A stretch of DNA of 64,000 nucleotides from assembly GCF_018977255.1 (NCBI RefSeq), contig NW_024704742.1, positions 88,414,001-88,478,000 on the forward strand, given 5' to 3'. Below, piece by piece: positions 41,281-55,014 of the stretch. The translations under genes were made by a program, and so were the position numbers. This DNA is from Callorhinchus milii (Eukaryota). How positions within the stretch are numbered: position 1 is the stretch's first letter; each line of letters opens with the position of its first letter. Below the pieces are notes generated by a model. The model did no database searches. It was given only the letters and a program-made list of their open reading frames with translations, and was not told where the DNA came from.

Positions 41281-42079
41281 TCTTGAGATTCAACCATTAT
41301 GGCCACATACTTTTCCTGAAGAAAAAGATAAAGAGAAACAAAGGGGGAAAAAAAACAACACAAACACAAAGATGGAATTTAATTTACAAACCATTATTTG
41401 TGGGGAGGGCAGGAAATCAAGGACTGGGGAAGAGGTGAGATTGGAATGGGAAGTTTGAAGTGAAGTTTTAGCTTTGAATCCAACCAGAGGAACACAGTCA
41501 GGTTAAAGATTTGTTTTCAGTTAAGCTGGTATCCTGCTAACCAGCATTTCCACTGCAACTCTCTTTGGGGGAGGGGGCCATGGTTACTACAATTGGCTTC
41601 TGGCCCAACCAGCCTCATGGAGAAGCATCATGAGGTCAAACCAATGACAATTTGGTAGAAAGGTGTGTTTTTGTGGGGTTTCTTGTGCGTTTTGCAGTTT
41701 CAAACCTCATTGTATCAGAGGACCAATCTTTAGATATCAGTTCAAATGCATTGATTGATAATGTGATCATTAACCCTGGTGCTGACTCATGCATCACACA
41801 CAATTTTCACTTGTCTTTTTTTTGTTTAACACCACATTAACTTTTTTTTGATCAAACAAGAAGGCTTTAAACATTGTGCTAGTGAGTTAAACACACTGCC
41901 CTTCTGCTTTCCAGGAAGATTGTAAAATAGATGATGTGAGTTAGCTTTTGTGGCAATACTGCTGAAATGAAATGCGAACACAGTCAAAAGGGGAACCCTG
42001 CAGTGCTAGAAGATATGCGTTAAGTAATGGATGTGTACATAGGATTAGTGAGAAAACCAGCTGTTGAGCGGACCATGTG

Positions 42080-42345
42080 AAAAAAACTTTGAAAAATACC
42101 CAAAGTTGTTCAGGGGCTCGGGAAAGATTAATCAACTGTACAAGATCAAACTTAAACCAGATGTTGTACCATTTTACTTTAAAATTCCTGGAAGATTTCC
42201 TCCAACACTGCTCCTACACGGGTCAAACAGGAACTGGCTTGCACGGAATCTATGGTTACACAGACGATCAAAGTTCGATGAAGGTTTGTGTACCCGGACT
42301 CCCGATTCTTCCCAAGATCAAGGTATTTTCTCCCGATTGTGCGAC
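42080..42345 (+). mobile_element. Gypsy (Ty3) LTR-retrotransposon pol relic
   Basis: KYPKLFRGSGKINQLYKIKLKPDVVPF...PGRFP, then in a shifted frame RVKQELA and MKVCV...KVFS. These resemble the pre-RT/RT start of Gypsy pol, heavily deleted. Confidence 0.6.
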
Positions 42346-42428
42346 ATTATTATCCCCCTTTGCCCCCTTTTTCCTCACTTCCTGCTGGAAGTGTCTTGGC
42401 CAACAATCTCCCAACTAAAATTTGTCAT

Positions 42429-42797
42429 TATAATAATAATAATAATCCTTGTAATCCTTGTATTTGATATAACACATTATCACGTCTTTCAGATGTCTCC
42501 AAGTGCTTCACATAGTATACTGTAAAGTGAATTGACTGCATATTTTGCAGCCAATTGCGCACAGCAGTGTGCCACAACAGTCGTGGATTGAGTGATCAAA
42601 TTATTATTATTATTTTTAAGGGATTATTACCCCGGAAAAGCAATCCACCAATCGATTAACAATCGGGTTCCTACTACTGCTAGGTAAACTGAGGCTTGTG
42701 GAGTAAGGAAACTTGCCCAACGTTTTGCCCTGCCAGGAATCAAACCCAGATTCTCGCTTGCGATGCAAGTACTCTAACCACTGAGTTACAGGACTCC
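42429..42797 (-). mobile_element. tRNA-derived SINE, long variant, nested in an older Deu-SINE
   Basis: Full head-to-tail copy. Its flanks (42385-42428 and 42798-42855) are contiguous parts of the older SINE body. Confidence 0.85.
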
Positions 42798-44497
42798 ACT
42801 TCACTTCATGGCTGATTTGTGGGACATTGCTTATGTGCAAATTGGCCGCCGACATTATCAAGTGTGAGGATTATTATAACAAATCAGCGAGCTGTTTCTG
42901 CAATGTCCTTCCCCGTCAGTGGGAAGCGTTCCAAGATGTTATCCTAAGTGAAAGACCTTATCGAAATAAATGCAACCTGTTGTTAAAATAATATAATCCT
43001 TACACTTGCTATAGCACTTTACACGTTGGGAACACATCTCAAAGAGCTTCATGGGATTTACTGTAAAGTGTAATGATTATGCATTTGGAGATATATAGAG
43101 TAGCCAATTTCCACACAGCAATGTCCCACAAACAGTCATGAAGAAAAAATTCCCTTTTTTTATTTGGGCTGACAGCTGCTGGAAGGTGTTACCTGGTTTC
43201 GAGTTTGTGAACATACATCTTGTGCATCTTGTTCTTGGAATCCACCCTGATTTCTTTGCACAGAGGCAAGCAGCTGCTGCTTAACCTCTGCATCTCTAAC
43301 TGGTGAAACGATCGCTCAATGGGAAAGGAAGTGTGCCCAAGGTGCGGACAGAAAGATGGTGCCAATCCTTTCGCACATTTCATGTTGAGCTGCATTATCC
43401 ACCAGGAAGCTCGCAGGGAGTTCCTGTTATGTGCCATCCACCAAGTGAGGACTCAAACCTACACTACTTGGATATCAAATGATCAACTAGTGACTATCCT
43501 CCGAGGGGGGGAGACAGGGGGTATTCCAATTCCAGATGCAGGATTATTTCCCTGTGTAACTGGCATGCATACATGGAACCCTCATTCTGGTTTAAATGCT
43601 CTTACGCAAGGTAAAAAGTTTGCAAGATGCAATAAACAACCACATAAATCAGACAACCGGCTGACAAAAACAAAAATTAGAAATCCTTGCATTTTTGATC
43701 ATTTGATGCCTACTTCAAGGCAAGCTTCATGAACTATGGTATTCTATAGGAGCTATGAATGGACAAGAGATCACAATTTTACAGCTGCCTCTCAGTTACT
43801 TTAAAATACGTGTTTGGGATCAGATATCAAAGCAGGTGTCCATACTTCTCATGAAATATAAGGGAATTGAGAACAGTGAAGGTGAAGGTTGTGTTGAAGA
43901 CCTCAATGGAGATTTGCATCTTATTCTCTTTCTTATATAATATGAAATAATATTACGTTCTTTTTATATAATGTGAGGAGCGGATATATCCACTCAGCCG
44001 AATTCTTGTTGGGCTGCAAGGTTCAACCACCTCTTTCTTACCGTTAACTTGCACCCTTTTCATGAGCAGAGTGGAGACTGGAGTTGCCATGTGATGAGTG
44101 GATGAAGCAAGCCTCATCAGACAAATGGCCCTTGTTCATCCCATCTTTTCTTTGATGAACTTAGCAGTTTAAGTTTTTTTTCCCCCCAAGTGACAATATA
44201 TTCTAAATTCAAAGGGGTTATAAAACTTCTCTTAAATTAACTGATTTGTTTCAACAGATTTTAAGCAACTTTGGTAACAAGGGTAATTTATGTTGGATTA
44301 CTGCTGAAATAATATTGACAGAGGATTCAATTCACAATACTGCTGCTCTGAAACATGCTCCGTTTTTCGGCTCATCGGGGATTCCTGGTTTAAGCAAAAT
44401 ATGGCAATAAATGCTTTGACATCTTGACCCACCAAGCAAAATTACATTTAAAGTTTTTTTTATTGCAGATGGTTATTGTTGGATTATAAACTAGCCT

Positions 44498-44720
44498 GGA
44501 GAAATTCCACGTGGGTCTAGATATACTCTGTTTATGCATTATTTCTGAGTGTCCAGAATTTGGCACATTCTTAAATACAATCTTAATTTTGAAGCCTTTT
44601 TAAAAAAAAGGTTTTGCGTGACAGCTTCAGAGTTAAGAGTTAATTCCACAATTTGGCATGTTCTGTGTGCTTAAAAATGCTACATAAATAGAAAAAATCT
44701 AGAACCTGGGGGTATTTCTC
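44498..44720. mobile_element. Palindromic MITE-like element copy
   Basis: ggagaaattccacgtgggtctagatatactctgtttatg ... cataaatagaaaaaatctagaacctgggggtatttctc. Confidence 0.72.
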
Positions 44721-47174
44721 GATAAAAAAATTGCAAAACACACATTTTAAACTCTATATTCCTGTTTACAATCTGCAGATTAAACAAGAATTGGGGGATA
44801 TCTGGAGGAAACAAGTGGTGGTTCCTGTCACACTTGAGCCCAGGTCTAATTGTTTCACATTAAAAGCTCTCAAATGTACTGGTTAGAGACTGTCATGGAA
44901 AGAAAATATTCCCGTATCCTATTTCAGGGCAATTATCATGTCAGAGTAGTGTACTTAAAAAAATCTGTCAGATGCTGAGCACCATTATATCTTGAACTGT
45001 GTGAAAAGAAAATTGGAGACACATAAGTATAATAATAAACTCTTTGAGACGTCTCAAAGACGTGATAAGGCGCTAAGTCAAACACAGGATTATTATTCAT
45101 TATTATGGAAGAGGCTCCTAATCACATCTAGGCTTTTGTACATCACTGTAGGCATATATGAAGGAAATAACTTTCATATCAGAGTTTTAATGAAATTGGC
45201 ATTTCATATACATAAACTAAACTCTGTGCGCTTTGAACATTAAAAAGGAGGCTTTTTTTTTTACAGCTGAATATTCCAAAGGTTTTTCTCCAATGTTTCT
45301 TAAGATTGTACAAAACTGGTATAAAACTCTAAAATGCAAGGAAAGGAAAATGCAAAGAATTACAAAACACTAATCATTCTACTCCCCGCCCCCACCCCCC
45401 CAAAAAAATCTTTCAGTTCCAGTGGTGTGAGCCATGCTGTGTCAATTTCCCATCATGTTTTAGCTTTATGCTCAGAGATGCTTTCATACTTGCTGCATAT
45501 CAAACCAGACCGCTACGTTTGACCAATCTGCCTGATAACATAAGGAAAATCTAATTTGGAAGCAGTTCCGGTGACCTTTGCAAAAGGGCTTGATGCCATC
45601 ATCTGCTTTCTATCTGTGTGCTATCCCTGCCACCCCCTCCCCAATTCTATCAAATCTGATAAAAATCCCTTTTCCTGTTGGGTGTAAATTGTGGTTTTGT
45701 GGTGTCTTGTTTCGTCCTCTTCACATGGCTGCAATTAGGGCACATGTAGCTTCTGGCCAGACGACTTGAAATAGTAGCAACAAAAAGGTGTATACACTAG
45801 TGCAAGAAGGAAGCCCAGTGACAACATTTTTAAGCCAAACTGTGCACAGACAGGTACAGTTCACGACGCATTTGGTGCATCTGTTTGATATTAGATGTAA
45901 AATGTTAACGTAACTGCTCAGAGAAGGCTTCTCTCTGTTTTGGTACTGAGGATATGCTTTGAAATTGCTCTGCCTAATACTAGTTAACTAGTATTATGGA
46001 ACATTTGTGCTACACCTTGCCGGTCTGTAACCTTACCTATCAAAACGTCACGTTAATCAGCTCTTCCTTGTAACCCTTACATTGCTGAAACACAGTACAC
46101 TGTTTATGTTTGAGGCTAATTAGATGTTGGCAGTCAGATTTCAGGCAGTAATTCATTCAAGTGGTTCTGATGATATCACAAGAGAAAAAGCTCCACTCAC
46201 ATTATGAATAGCAGCAGAACCTCAAGATTGAATTATGAGCCAAACCTCAGCGCAGGAAATGTGTTTTCCTTTATGCTACCATGCTCGGTGTTTTTCATAA
46301 GCAAATTAAGGGTGAGATTTTCCACTAGGTGCTAAATTTGACACTGTGTGTCTCCAATAGGCTTTCCCCATTATCAGGCACATGTCTCCAAGGTCACAAG
46401 ATTTACCAACCAGCAGAAAATAATAGATATTATTAAATAAATATTTCATTATTGTTTATTATATTCAGTTATTGTTTACCATATTTAATTATTATTTGAT
46501 ACATTATTAAATATTTATTATGAAATTGTTATTTAGTGATCGCTTTGATATGGGTAGATGCTGATCTAAGAGCTGTAGATATATAGCAAACTGGCATTGT
46601 AGAAAAAAGTGTATTTCCTTCCAACAGAATAATGCATAACAAAAGGTGCTCTCTAGGGTTTTGACAGGGAGAGACTATCTCCACTGGTAGGGGAGTCAGT
46701 GACTAGGAGACATACAGTAGTTATAAATAATAATAATCCTTGCATTTGATATAGCATCTTATCATGTGGTTTAGACATCTCAAAATGCTTCACAGAATAT
46801 ATTGTAAAGTGTAGTGACTGTATTTTGTGGGCGAAATTTTTTATAAGAAATTTTATAAGTGCGTATTTATTAATACAACACAGCATATTAATTTGATAAG
46901 CAAGAGCTTGGGAGGGATTGTTTCACACAAACAGTTGTCAGAATATGAAATTCCCTACCAAGTAAAGTGGGGGAGACAAAATAATTAATAATAATTAATG
47001 AGTTTATGTATTAGGGAAAAAAAGATTCACTGGGTTGAATGGCCTTCTCACTTCCACAAATTTTCTCATGTTTTTAATATGCTTTCTGACTGTAGCCAAC
47101 TATCTTTAAATTCTCCAGAGCTTGTTATCTCAAGTATTCTGATTGCAATAACAATAATGCTACTACTATTACTA

Positions 47175-47584
47175 CTAATAATAATAATGTTTACATTTGA
47201 ATCACAACTCTCACAAACAAAGCATTTCACAGGATTCATTGTAAAGTTCAGTGAGTTTTGTATTTTGTTGGTGAACACGGCAGTAAACTTGTACACAGCA
47301 ATGTCCCACAAACAATTTTATTTGGAGGATTGTTGGTGAGAACGCAGGAGAAACTCTGTTCTCTTTTTAAAATAATGTCATAGAATATTTAATATCCACC
47401 TGAACAGTCAGACATAACCTCAGTTTATTGTCTCATTCGAGGAATAGCACCACTAACAATGCAGCACAACCCTAGCATAGCAATGGAACATCAGTCTAGC
47501 CTTTGAGTTCGAAGTCCCAATGTGGGTTTGAACCCACAACCTTCTAACTCAGGGGAGAGAGTGCTAACAACTGAGTCAGGCTGA
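47175..47584 (-). mobile_element. Older Deu-domain SINE, full length
   Basis: Head, Deu body and (ATT)n tail are all recognisable. Confidence 0.8.
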
Positions 47585-48824
47585 ACTTATACCTATTTTG
47601 ATTTGCTTATCGAATTAATATACTGTGTGCTATTAATATGTACATATTAATAATAATAATTCTTGCATTTGATACTGTGCCTTATCATGTCTTCGAGGCA
47701 TCTCAAAGAGTTTCACAGAATATACTGCAATTGACTGTATATTTTGTGGATGAAAATATTAATGTTTGCACAATAATATGCTGTAATTAACTGCTGTGCA
47801 CAATTGGGTGCTGCATTTCACCCACAAAATACACAGTCAATTCACATTACAATATCTTATGTGAAGAGCTTTGAGGATTCTCAACAAAGTGATAAGGCTC
47901 TATATCAAATGCAAGGATTATTATTATAATATGTCAGTAATTTCTAATCTTGTCTAACCCTATAAATAATATAATTTTAAAATCGGATATAAAACATTGG
48001 TTTCTTCAGAAATAACTGGAGTGTGTACTAATGAATTTCTGGCTGAACTTTCAATGGTGACACACACATAATAACCTTAAGAAGGAAAGTAACTAGGTGA
48101 AAACAATTTGAAGTGTAGCTCAAGCTGCTTACTGATTAATGCATTTGCACATACATGGAGATTCCAGCCAACTTAAGGTTCCTCCAAACCTGTACCACAT
48201 TGTTCCCAGCAAAACAAGCCTTTGTTGACAACTTGAGGCAATGAGCTTCACTCACCAAGTTCACAGTTCTCACACAGATTAACAGTTAAAGAGTTGCTGC
48301 TTTTTCATTGCCTAAAAAAATGATGGGACATTATCTGCAAGGAGAAACAAGCTCTTAGAAATGGGCCCAATCCATATGACTTCATAGCTAAAGTATGTCA
48401 ACTTTTCCCATTTAATCCACTCTTGAGGGACGATGCTATTTGAATAGCTCTTCGTTTCAAGTGCACAAAAGGAAACATCCTAAACCTTGAGCCTAACATT
48501 CCTGTGGTCACTGGTTTTAGGGACAATGTCCATGGGCATAGAAAGGCCTGGAATGTCAAGACATTGTGCCAGTGGATGAGTCGTTCCACATTTATTGCTG
48601 CTCACAGTTGTATGTCTGACCCCTTCAGATTAAAATGAGAATAAAGTTAAAGGGCTTGTTAAATACTGTTGTGGATAAAGTGTTGCAGGGTTACGCAGCT
48701 GAGAAGACACATTAAAAGTGAATATCGGACTCCAGGTAATACCTAAAATTTGTAAATAGGCAGAGGAAGACACTGGGTTGAAGTGAAACAGGCATTATAT
48801 CAGAGTAAGGGTATCCAGGCTAAA

Positions 48825-49145
48825 CATAATAATAATCCTTACATTCGATGTAATGTCTTACTGCAGCAAAACATCACTAAATGCCTCGCAGACTTTTTCT
48901 GTGAAGTGCAGTGACTTTGTGTTTGTTAACCAGAACACTGGGAGAAAGACCCACAGGATCTTTAACATCCACCTGAACAAGCAGATGGGATCTTGTTTAA
49001 CGTCTCATCGAAAGGATGGCACCTCTGACAATTCAGCATTGATTTAAAGTACCTGCTTAGACCATGAGGTCAAAGTCCTAACGTGTGGCATAAACCTGCA
49101 ACCTTGTGACTCAGAGACAACAATTCTACCAACTGAGTCAGCAGA
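48825..49145 (-). mobile_element. Deu-domain SINE with internal deletion
   Basis: Tail, body and head motifs in reverse orientation. Confidence 0.7.
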
Positions 49146-49567
49146 CACACCTGAAAATTAACCCGTGAGAGTATATATAACAGGAAGGATTAAACATATT
49201 TATATATTTCATATTACCATGAAAAAGAACTCACGCACTGTTCCATACTACATTTATTTTGATCAAATATAATGAGCAAACATTCCTATGAATTCAGAAA
49301 ATACCCTATTAATAATTCAATACTTTCACTTCATGTCTGTTTACGGCACATTACTGTGAGCAAATTGGCTGCTGTGTTCACCTAAAAAATGCATAATCAC
49401 TAAATTCTACAGTAAATCATTTCAAGCACAGATGTTGATGTGAAAGGCTCTATATTAAATGCAAAGATTATGATTATCAATAATAATTTTCAGGTCCAAT
49501 ATACTGCATGAAATAAAATCAAACCATGGAATTTCCATCCATCAAACCTTCCATCTATTTTCTACAT

Positions 49568-49891
49568 GATAATAATAATAATAATCCTTGCATTTGATAT
49601 AGCGCTTTTCACGTCTGGAGGACTTCCCAAAGCGCTTCACAGAACACACTGTAAAGTGAATTGACTGTATATTTGTGGGTGAACGCGGCAGCCAATTGCG
49701 CACAGCAATGTCCCACAAACAGTCACGGATTGAAAATGACCAATTTATTATTGTTTTTGGTTTTGGAGGGATTATTATTAGGCTCTGTGTGGAGTAAGGA
49801 AACTTGCCCAAGGTTTCGCCCTCTGCCTGGAATTGAACTCAGGTCTCTTGCTTGCAAAGCGAGTGCTCTAACCACTGAGCTACAGGACTCC
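49568..49891 (-). mobile_element. Young tRNA(Ala)-derived SINE, short variant
   Basis: Reverse complement is about 95% identical by eye to 13288-13614. Confidence 0.9.
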
Positions 49892-52529
49892 ACAGATGTT
49901 AATAACAATGCACAGCTATCACAAAGCAGGAATCCAGTCATGCAGAAAGTTGAACTGCTTCAACCATTACGAGTTAATGGTGTATTTTTGCACATTCATC
50001 GATGTGCTACTTTTTGATTCACTAAAAACATTCAATATCCTCTTTGTGTTTCTCGGGGTTAGGTATAACTTTTTGTTGTTTAATTTACTCAGAACATCCT
50101 TGACTGAAAGACTCATGAACAGAGGTAGTTCATTTGCTGCATCCTCTGTGGAGTGAGAGTTTTCGGAGGCATCCTACAAATATCTACAGAGCCAGTTGTT
50201 CAATGGTTACTAGCTTCTGATTCATTGTGTAGCTATTGTTCACCTGAAGTATTATTGCTGTTTTCTCTCTACCTCAAGAAGGAAGTTCGTCAAAACAATG
50301 TCTGGCTGAACAGAAAGTTCTGGCACTTTACAATTAAAAGGCTGATTTACCCAAGAGATTTTCAATTTAGATTAAATTCAGAGCAGAGACTTACCCCTGG
50401 TTGAAATGATTCAAGCAAACTGTATGCAGGTTTGTTACAAACCTCAGGAAAACAACCATTTGTTGCTTGAGCTTTGCGATTCCAGTGAAACTAATTTTGA
50501 TTCCAAGTGTCTCAGCATGTCAGATGAAGCAGAGTTGCTTTATTTAAACTGGTGGGATCCTTAAAGGGACAGTGTCATAGCAGGCCCTTTAAGGATTGCA
50601 CCAGTTGAATTAAATAAACTTAATGTTCAACTCGAAAAGTGAAGGGAGTTTCTCCTGGTGTCCTGGCCAACAATCCTCAAAATGAAACAGGTTTTGTTTT
50701 TTGTATTCACTTTGTAGGACATTGCTGTGTGCAAATTGGCTGCCGTATTCACCTACAAAATATGTAGTCACTGTACATTGCACAAAATCCTTTGAGACAT
50801 CCTCCTAATGTGAACGCTACTATAACAAATGCAAGTTTTTTTTTATTGCAGATGCACTTCCTGATAGAACAAAAACTACCTTTTTCAAGCTTTCTGCCAT
50901 CTTAAGGGCAATATTTTACGTTAAACCGTTTGCGCAGTGATCATTGAGTCCAACTCTATTCAGGTCAGGAGACTTCTTGAGCATTGCAAGTCTGGAAAGG
51001 ATGGAAGAAAACGGGAAATGAAATTGGAAAAAAATTAGCACTGGACAGAGCAGAATGCAAAGCAATCTTCTGAGAATGTGTGCTGCCTTTTTGTACCCTG
51101 TCATTACTGCCTCTTGTCTCCCCAAACATTAACACTGCCACTGTGTCTCATGCACCATTTAAATACTGACATGACGTCAAGAATAAGCAATGCATTTCTG
51201 TGATGCTGATTTTAAAATGAAATAGCCAAACATCCCAGAATGTTATGTATCAATCTCGACATAATTATACCAGATATAAATGCCAAACATAAATGTCATA
51301 GATGCAAAGAATCAAACAAACCTCAACTGCTCCTATAAAACATATTTACCAAAATGGAATAAATCAGTGTCTTAAACCACTGGTTCCAAAACATCACCAA
51401 GTCAGCACCTGGAATACTCCTATAGTTTGCAGTGTAGCAAGATGGCTGTTGTTCCTTTTGATATACAGTACTCATCCATGTGCACTTATAAATAACTGAA
51501 TAAGTATCAGCCTGGCTCAGTTGGTCCTGTCTACGTGTTTAAGTGAACGTTAAAGATCCAGTAGCACAATTCAAAGGAGAAGGGACTTTCTCCCAGTGTC
51601 CTGGCCAACAACCTCCCAGATAAAATTGGTCACTCACTCATTGTTTGTGGGATATTGTCACGCAAACTTTGACTGCTGTATTATCCCTTGCCACTCTCAC
51701 TCTCTCTGTGTTCATTTTAATTATGTTCCAAACTTGGCTCTTGCCAACTTGCCCATCTGACTGTTCAGGTGGATGTTAAAGATCCTATGATGCTACTCGA
51801 AAAGTGAAGGGAGTTTCTTCTGGTGCGTTGGCCAACAATCCCCCAAATAAATAATTGAGCATTTGTTTCATGACTGTGTGCATGCGAGCTGCTGCATTCA
51901 CTCACAAAACTCATAGAAATCATGTCTCACAATGTGAAAGGTGCTATACTAAATCCAAGGATTATTATTATTATTATAATTTCCAGAATTAGGTAATCAG
52001 GATACATCTCTCCAGAAAGAGAGAGAGATAAAAAGAGCATTCTATTCCAGGGAACTTTGCAACTATTGGTGGCATACACGAGTGGAATTCTCAAGTCTGG
52101 TTTGGATACTCTTAAGCATGGTGATGGGTTTCCACATATATTTGGCCGAACAAATCAAAACCTATTTTTCACCTGCTCAAACCTTATTTTTCCAAATTAC
52201 CTTTAAGTTTACTTTGACACCCGCCCCACCCCACCCCCCCACCCCACTCCGCCCCTTCCCCGGTTTAGCTCCAACAAGATTCCCATCTGGAACTTTTCTC
52301 AAAATAGTGACTCTAATCCAGCCGGGCTGGGCAGATGCAAATCAAATCTAGGGGTAGAAACAAGCGCTACGGGACACTAGCCTGCATGAGAGGTGATCTA
52401 TAAATGCAAGTTGTTGTTATGATTGACAGGGCTGTCAATCTTTTACCTGAAAAAGGTTCAAAGGGTCAGGAGCAGGAAGTAGCCTAGACTCCCATGTGAA
52501 CACACATTGGAACGACCCAGAGAAGATAT

Positions 52530-52758
52530 GGAGAGAAATTTCACCTGGTCTTGGTTTAGTCTTTTTATGCAGCGTTTTAGGGACATCAGAATTTAATAAA
52601 TTGTTGAATTCAATCTCATCTTTAAAGTCAGTTTTCTGAGTTTTTTGAAAGAAATTTACAGAAAAATGGCATCAAGCTTCATGCTATATCGAAGAATTTG
52701 CCAAATTCTGCAATGTTACATAAATAGAGTAAATCTAGATGCAAGCAAAATTTCTCCC
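52530..52758. mobile_element. Palindromic MITE-like element copy
   Basis: Right end acataaatagagtaaatctagatgcaagcaaaatttctccc is close to the reverse complement of the 8443 left end. Confidence 0.72.
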
Positions 52759-54619
52759 TGGCCTATATACACATACATGGGACATTAAGTGTTAAATTAT
52801 GAACAGAATTGCATCACAAAAGTATGCATATAAAATTGCAGTAGAGTTATTTATGTACTGCTTGAGCGCATGGGGACAATATCATTAAACATAACAAACT
52901 GAGTAGAAAAGCACTCAGCTAACAACATCAACATCAATCTGTATCAAGACTAAATGCAACATAAAGTATCATTTTTTAAAATCAATCTTTCAAACATCTA
53001 GGAAAAATATTCTTTGAAAAAAAGTAATTTTATTGTTCCAAAGTATTTTTTTAAAATCGGATAAAACATCGCCTAATCACCTTGAAAAAAATTGTGATGA
53101 CCTTCACGCCAGATTCACCTTATATCAAAAAATGGTGCATTGTGTTGGCTATCCAATGATAGCAAGTAATTGGATTGTGTTTCAGATGTCCCCTTTCTTA
53201 CACATTCACCTTGTACAGATCAGGAAAACAGTCAGTATCTTTGACTGAGAATATGGTCACCTCCCTCTTCTCTATTACTTGGCTCCAACCCGCCACAGTG
53301 CCGTGCTCTGAGATGCCATCCTGAGTGAAGGGCACTATCTCAATGCAAGTTATTGCTGTTGTTCTCAAAGTTGAAAAGTTAATTCTGGAAAATCACGTGA
53401 TCGAGATTTTATTTTTAGTTGATCCTGCTCAATCGCTTTTGATCTCTCACTGGTTATTTGATACAAATCGCACAGAAAAGAAAACTGACGTTGATTCCAC
53501 CCTTGCCAGCAAAAGTGCTTTTTTTTTCTTTTTACATTCACTGTCTTTTTGTTAAACGAAAACCTCATTAAATTGGCATTCAGCAAAATCAGATATAAAT
53601 AACATTCTTGTTGTCCAAAACAAACAAAAAAAATCATTTTACAGATTGAAAATGCTGCCAATTTAATGTGTTATTTATTCCCCCATCAGAAAAAATCATG
53701 CATCAGTAGGAAAGTTGCAGTAGTGGAGGAGAGCTAGCCAGGATACACACAATGGAAAGCTCCGTGGGAGAAAGGAACAAATGCAGGAGAACACAACATT
53801 AAACCAAGTGTAGAAAAGACAATTCCTCTTAAATACAATTTTGATTCATTTCGCCCACAAAATATAGTCAATTCACTTGACTGTGAATTGACTGTGACTG
53901 TATATTCTGTGAAGCACTTTGAGACATCTCAACAGTGTGATAAAGCACAATATCAAATGCAAGAATTATTATTATTATTATTAAGAGAAAACACCAAGAG
54001 ATTTTGAGACGGGCACCTGCACTACAGTAGTGATAAAACGAGGCTTGCTTGATGACAATTAAAATTGTCTTAGCATAACAAAATAATTTCTGGAAATACA
54101 CCCAGCATTATTTCTCTGGCCATACACGTTTTGTACATTTCAGAGTGCGCTGAATTTCACAAGTTATTGAATTCAGTTTTAACTTTGAAGCCGTTTCCTG
54201 TCAGTTCTTAAAAGGAACTGACAGAAAACTGGCATCAAAATTAGAGTGTATTTAAGCATTTGACAAATCTGGATGGTCTGATATGCTGTGTTAATAGAGG
54301 ACATTTGGACCCAGGTTGAATTTCTACCCAATAGTGTATTCTTCTTTGCCTAATGGGAAAGATCCATAATCCATAACGCTGTTCAAATATCAAGCAAATA
54401 TTGTTACAGTAATGACTATTCATATGCTATGAAAGAACTCCCTGTCCTTCTCTTTCTCCCCCATTAGAAGATTTAACTATACAGTCCATCTTATCCAGTA
54501 TGATATTCATCTTATTGAAAAGCTATACATGAACCAAGGTTTTCAATTGTAAACAGAATGTTACACATATTGCAAACTTTCACATGTCAATATAAATAAA
54601 TACCTAAAAAATGAATAAA

Positions 54620-55014
54620 TAAATAAATAACAATAATAAATTGGTCACTTCAATCCACGACTGTTTGTCGCAATTGACAGAGGTATTCCGCCCACAAAAT
54701 ATACAATCAATTCACTTTGCAGTCTATTCTGTGAAGCATTTTGAGACGTCTAGAAGACGTGAAAACGCTATATCAAACGCAAGGATTATTATTATCATTA
54801 TTACCTTTTTAAATTTAGGGCAAAATAGATTCGCAGGCTGAAACTCGATGGAATTTCAGCAGCATGTAGCAATTCGTTGATGTAATACTGCTATCTGTTT
54901 TCACCCATAAAATATCCAGTCAATTCACTTTACAGCATATTCCGTGAAGCGCTTTGAGACGTCTCGAAGATGTGATAGGGCACTGTATCAAATGAAAGGA
55001 TTATTATTATTATT
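54620..55014 (+). mobile_element. Composite double-tailed SINE, copy 2 (5' truncated)
   Basis: Same tail-spacer-tail layout. Spacer 54801-54900 is about 92% identical to the reverse complement of copy 1. Confidence 0.85.
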
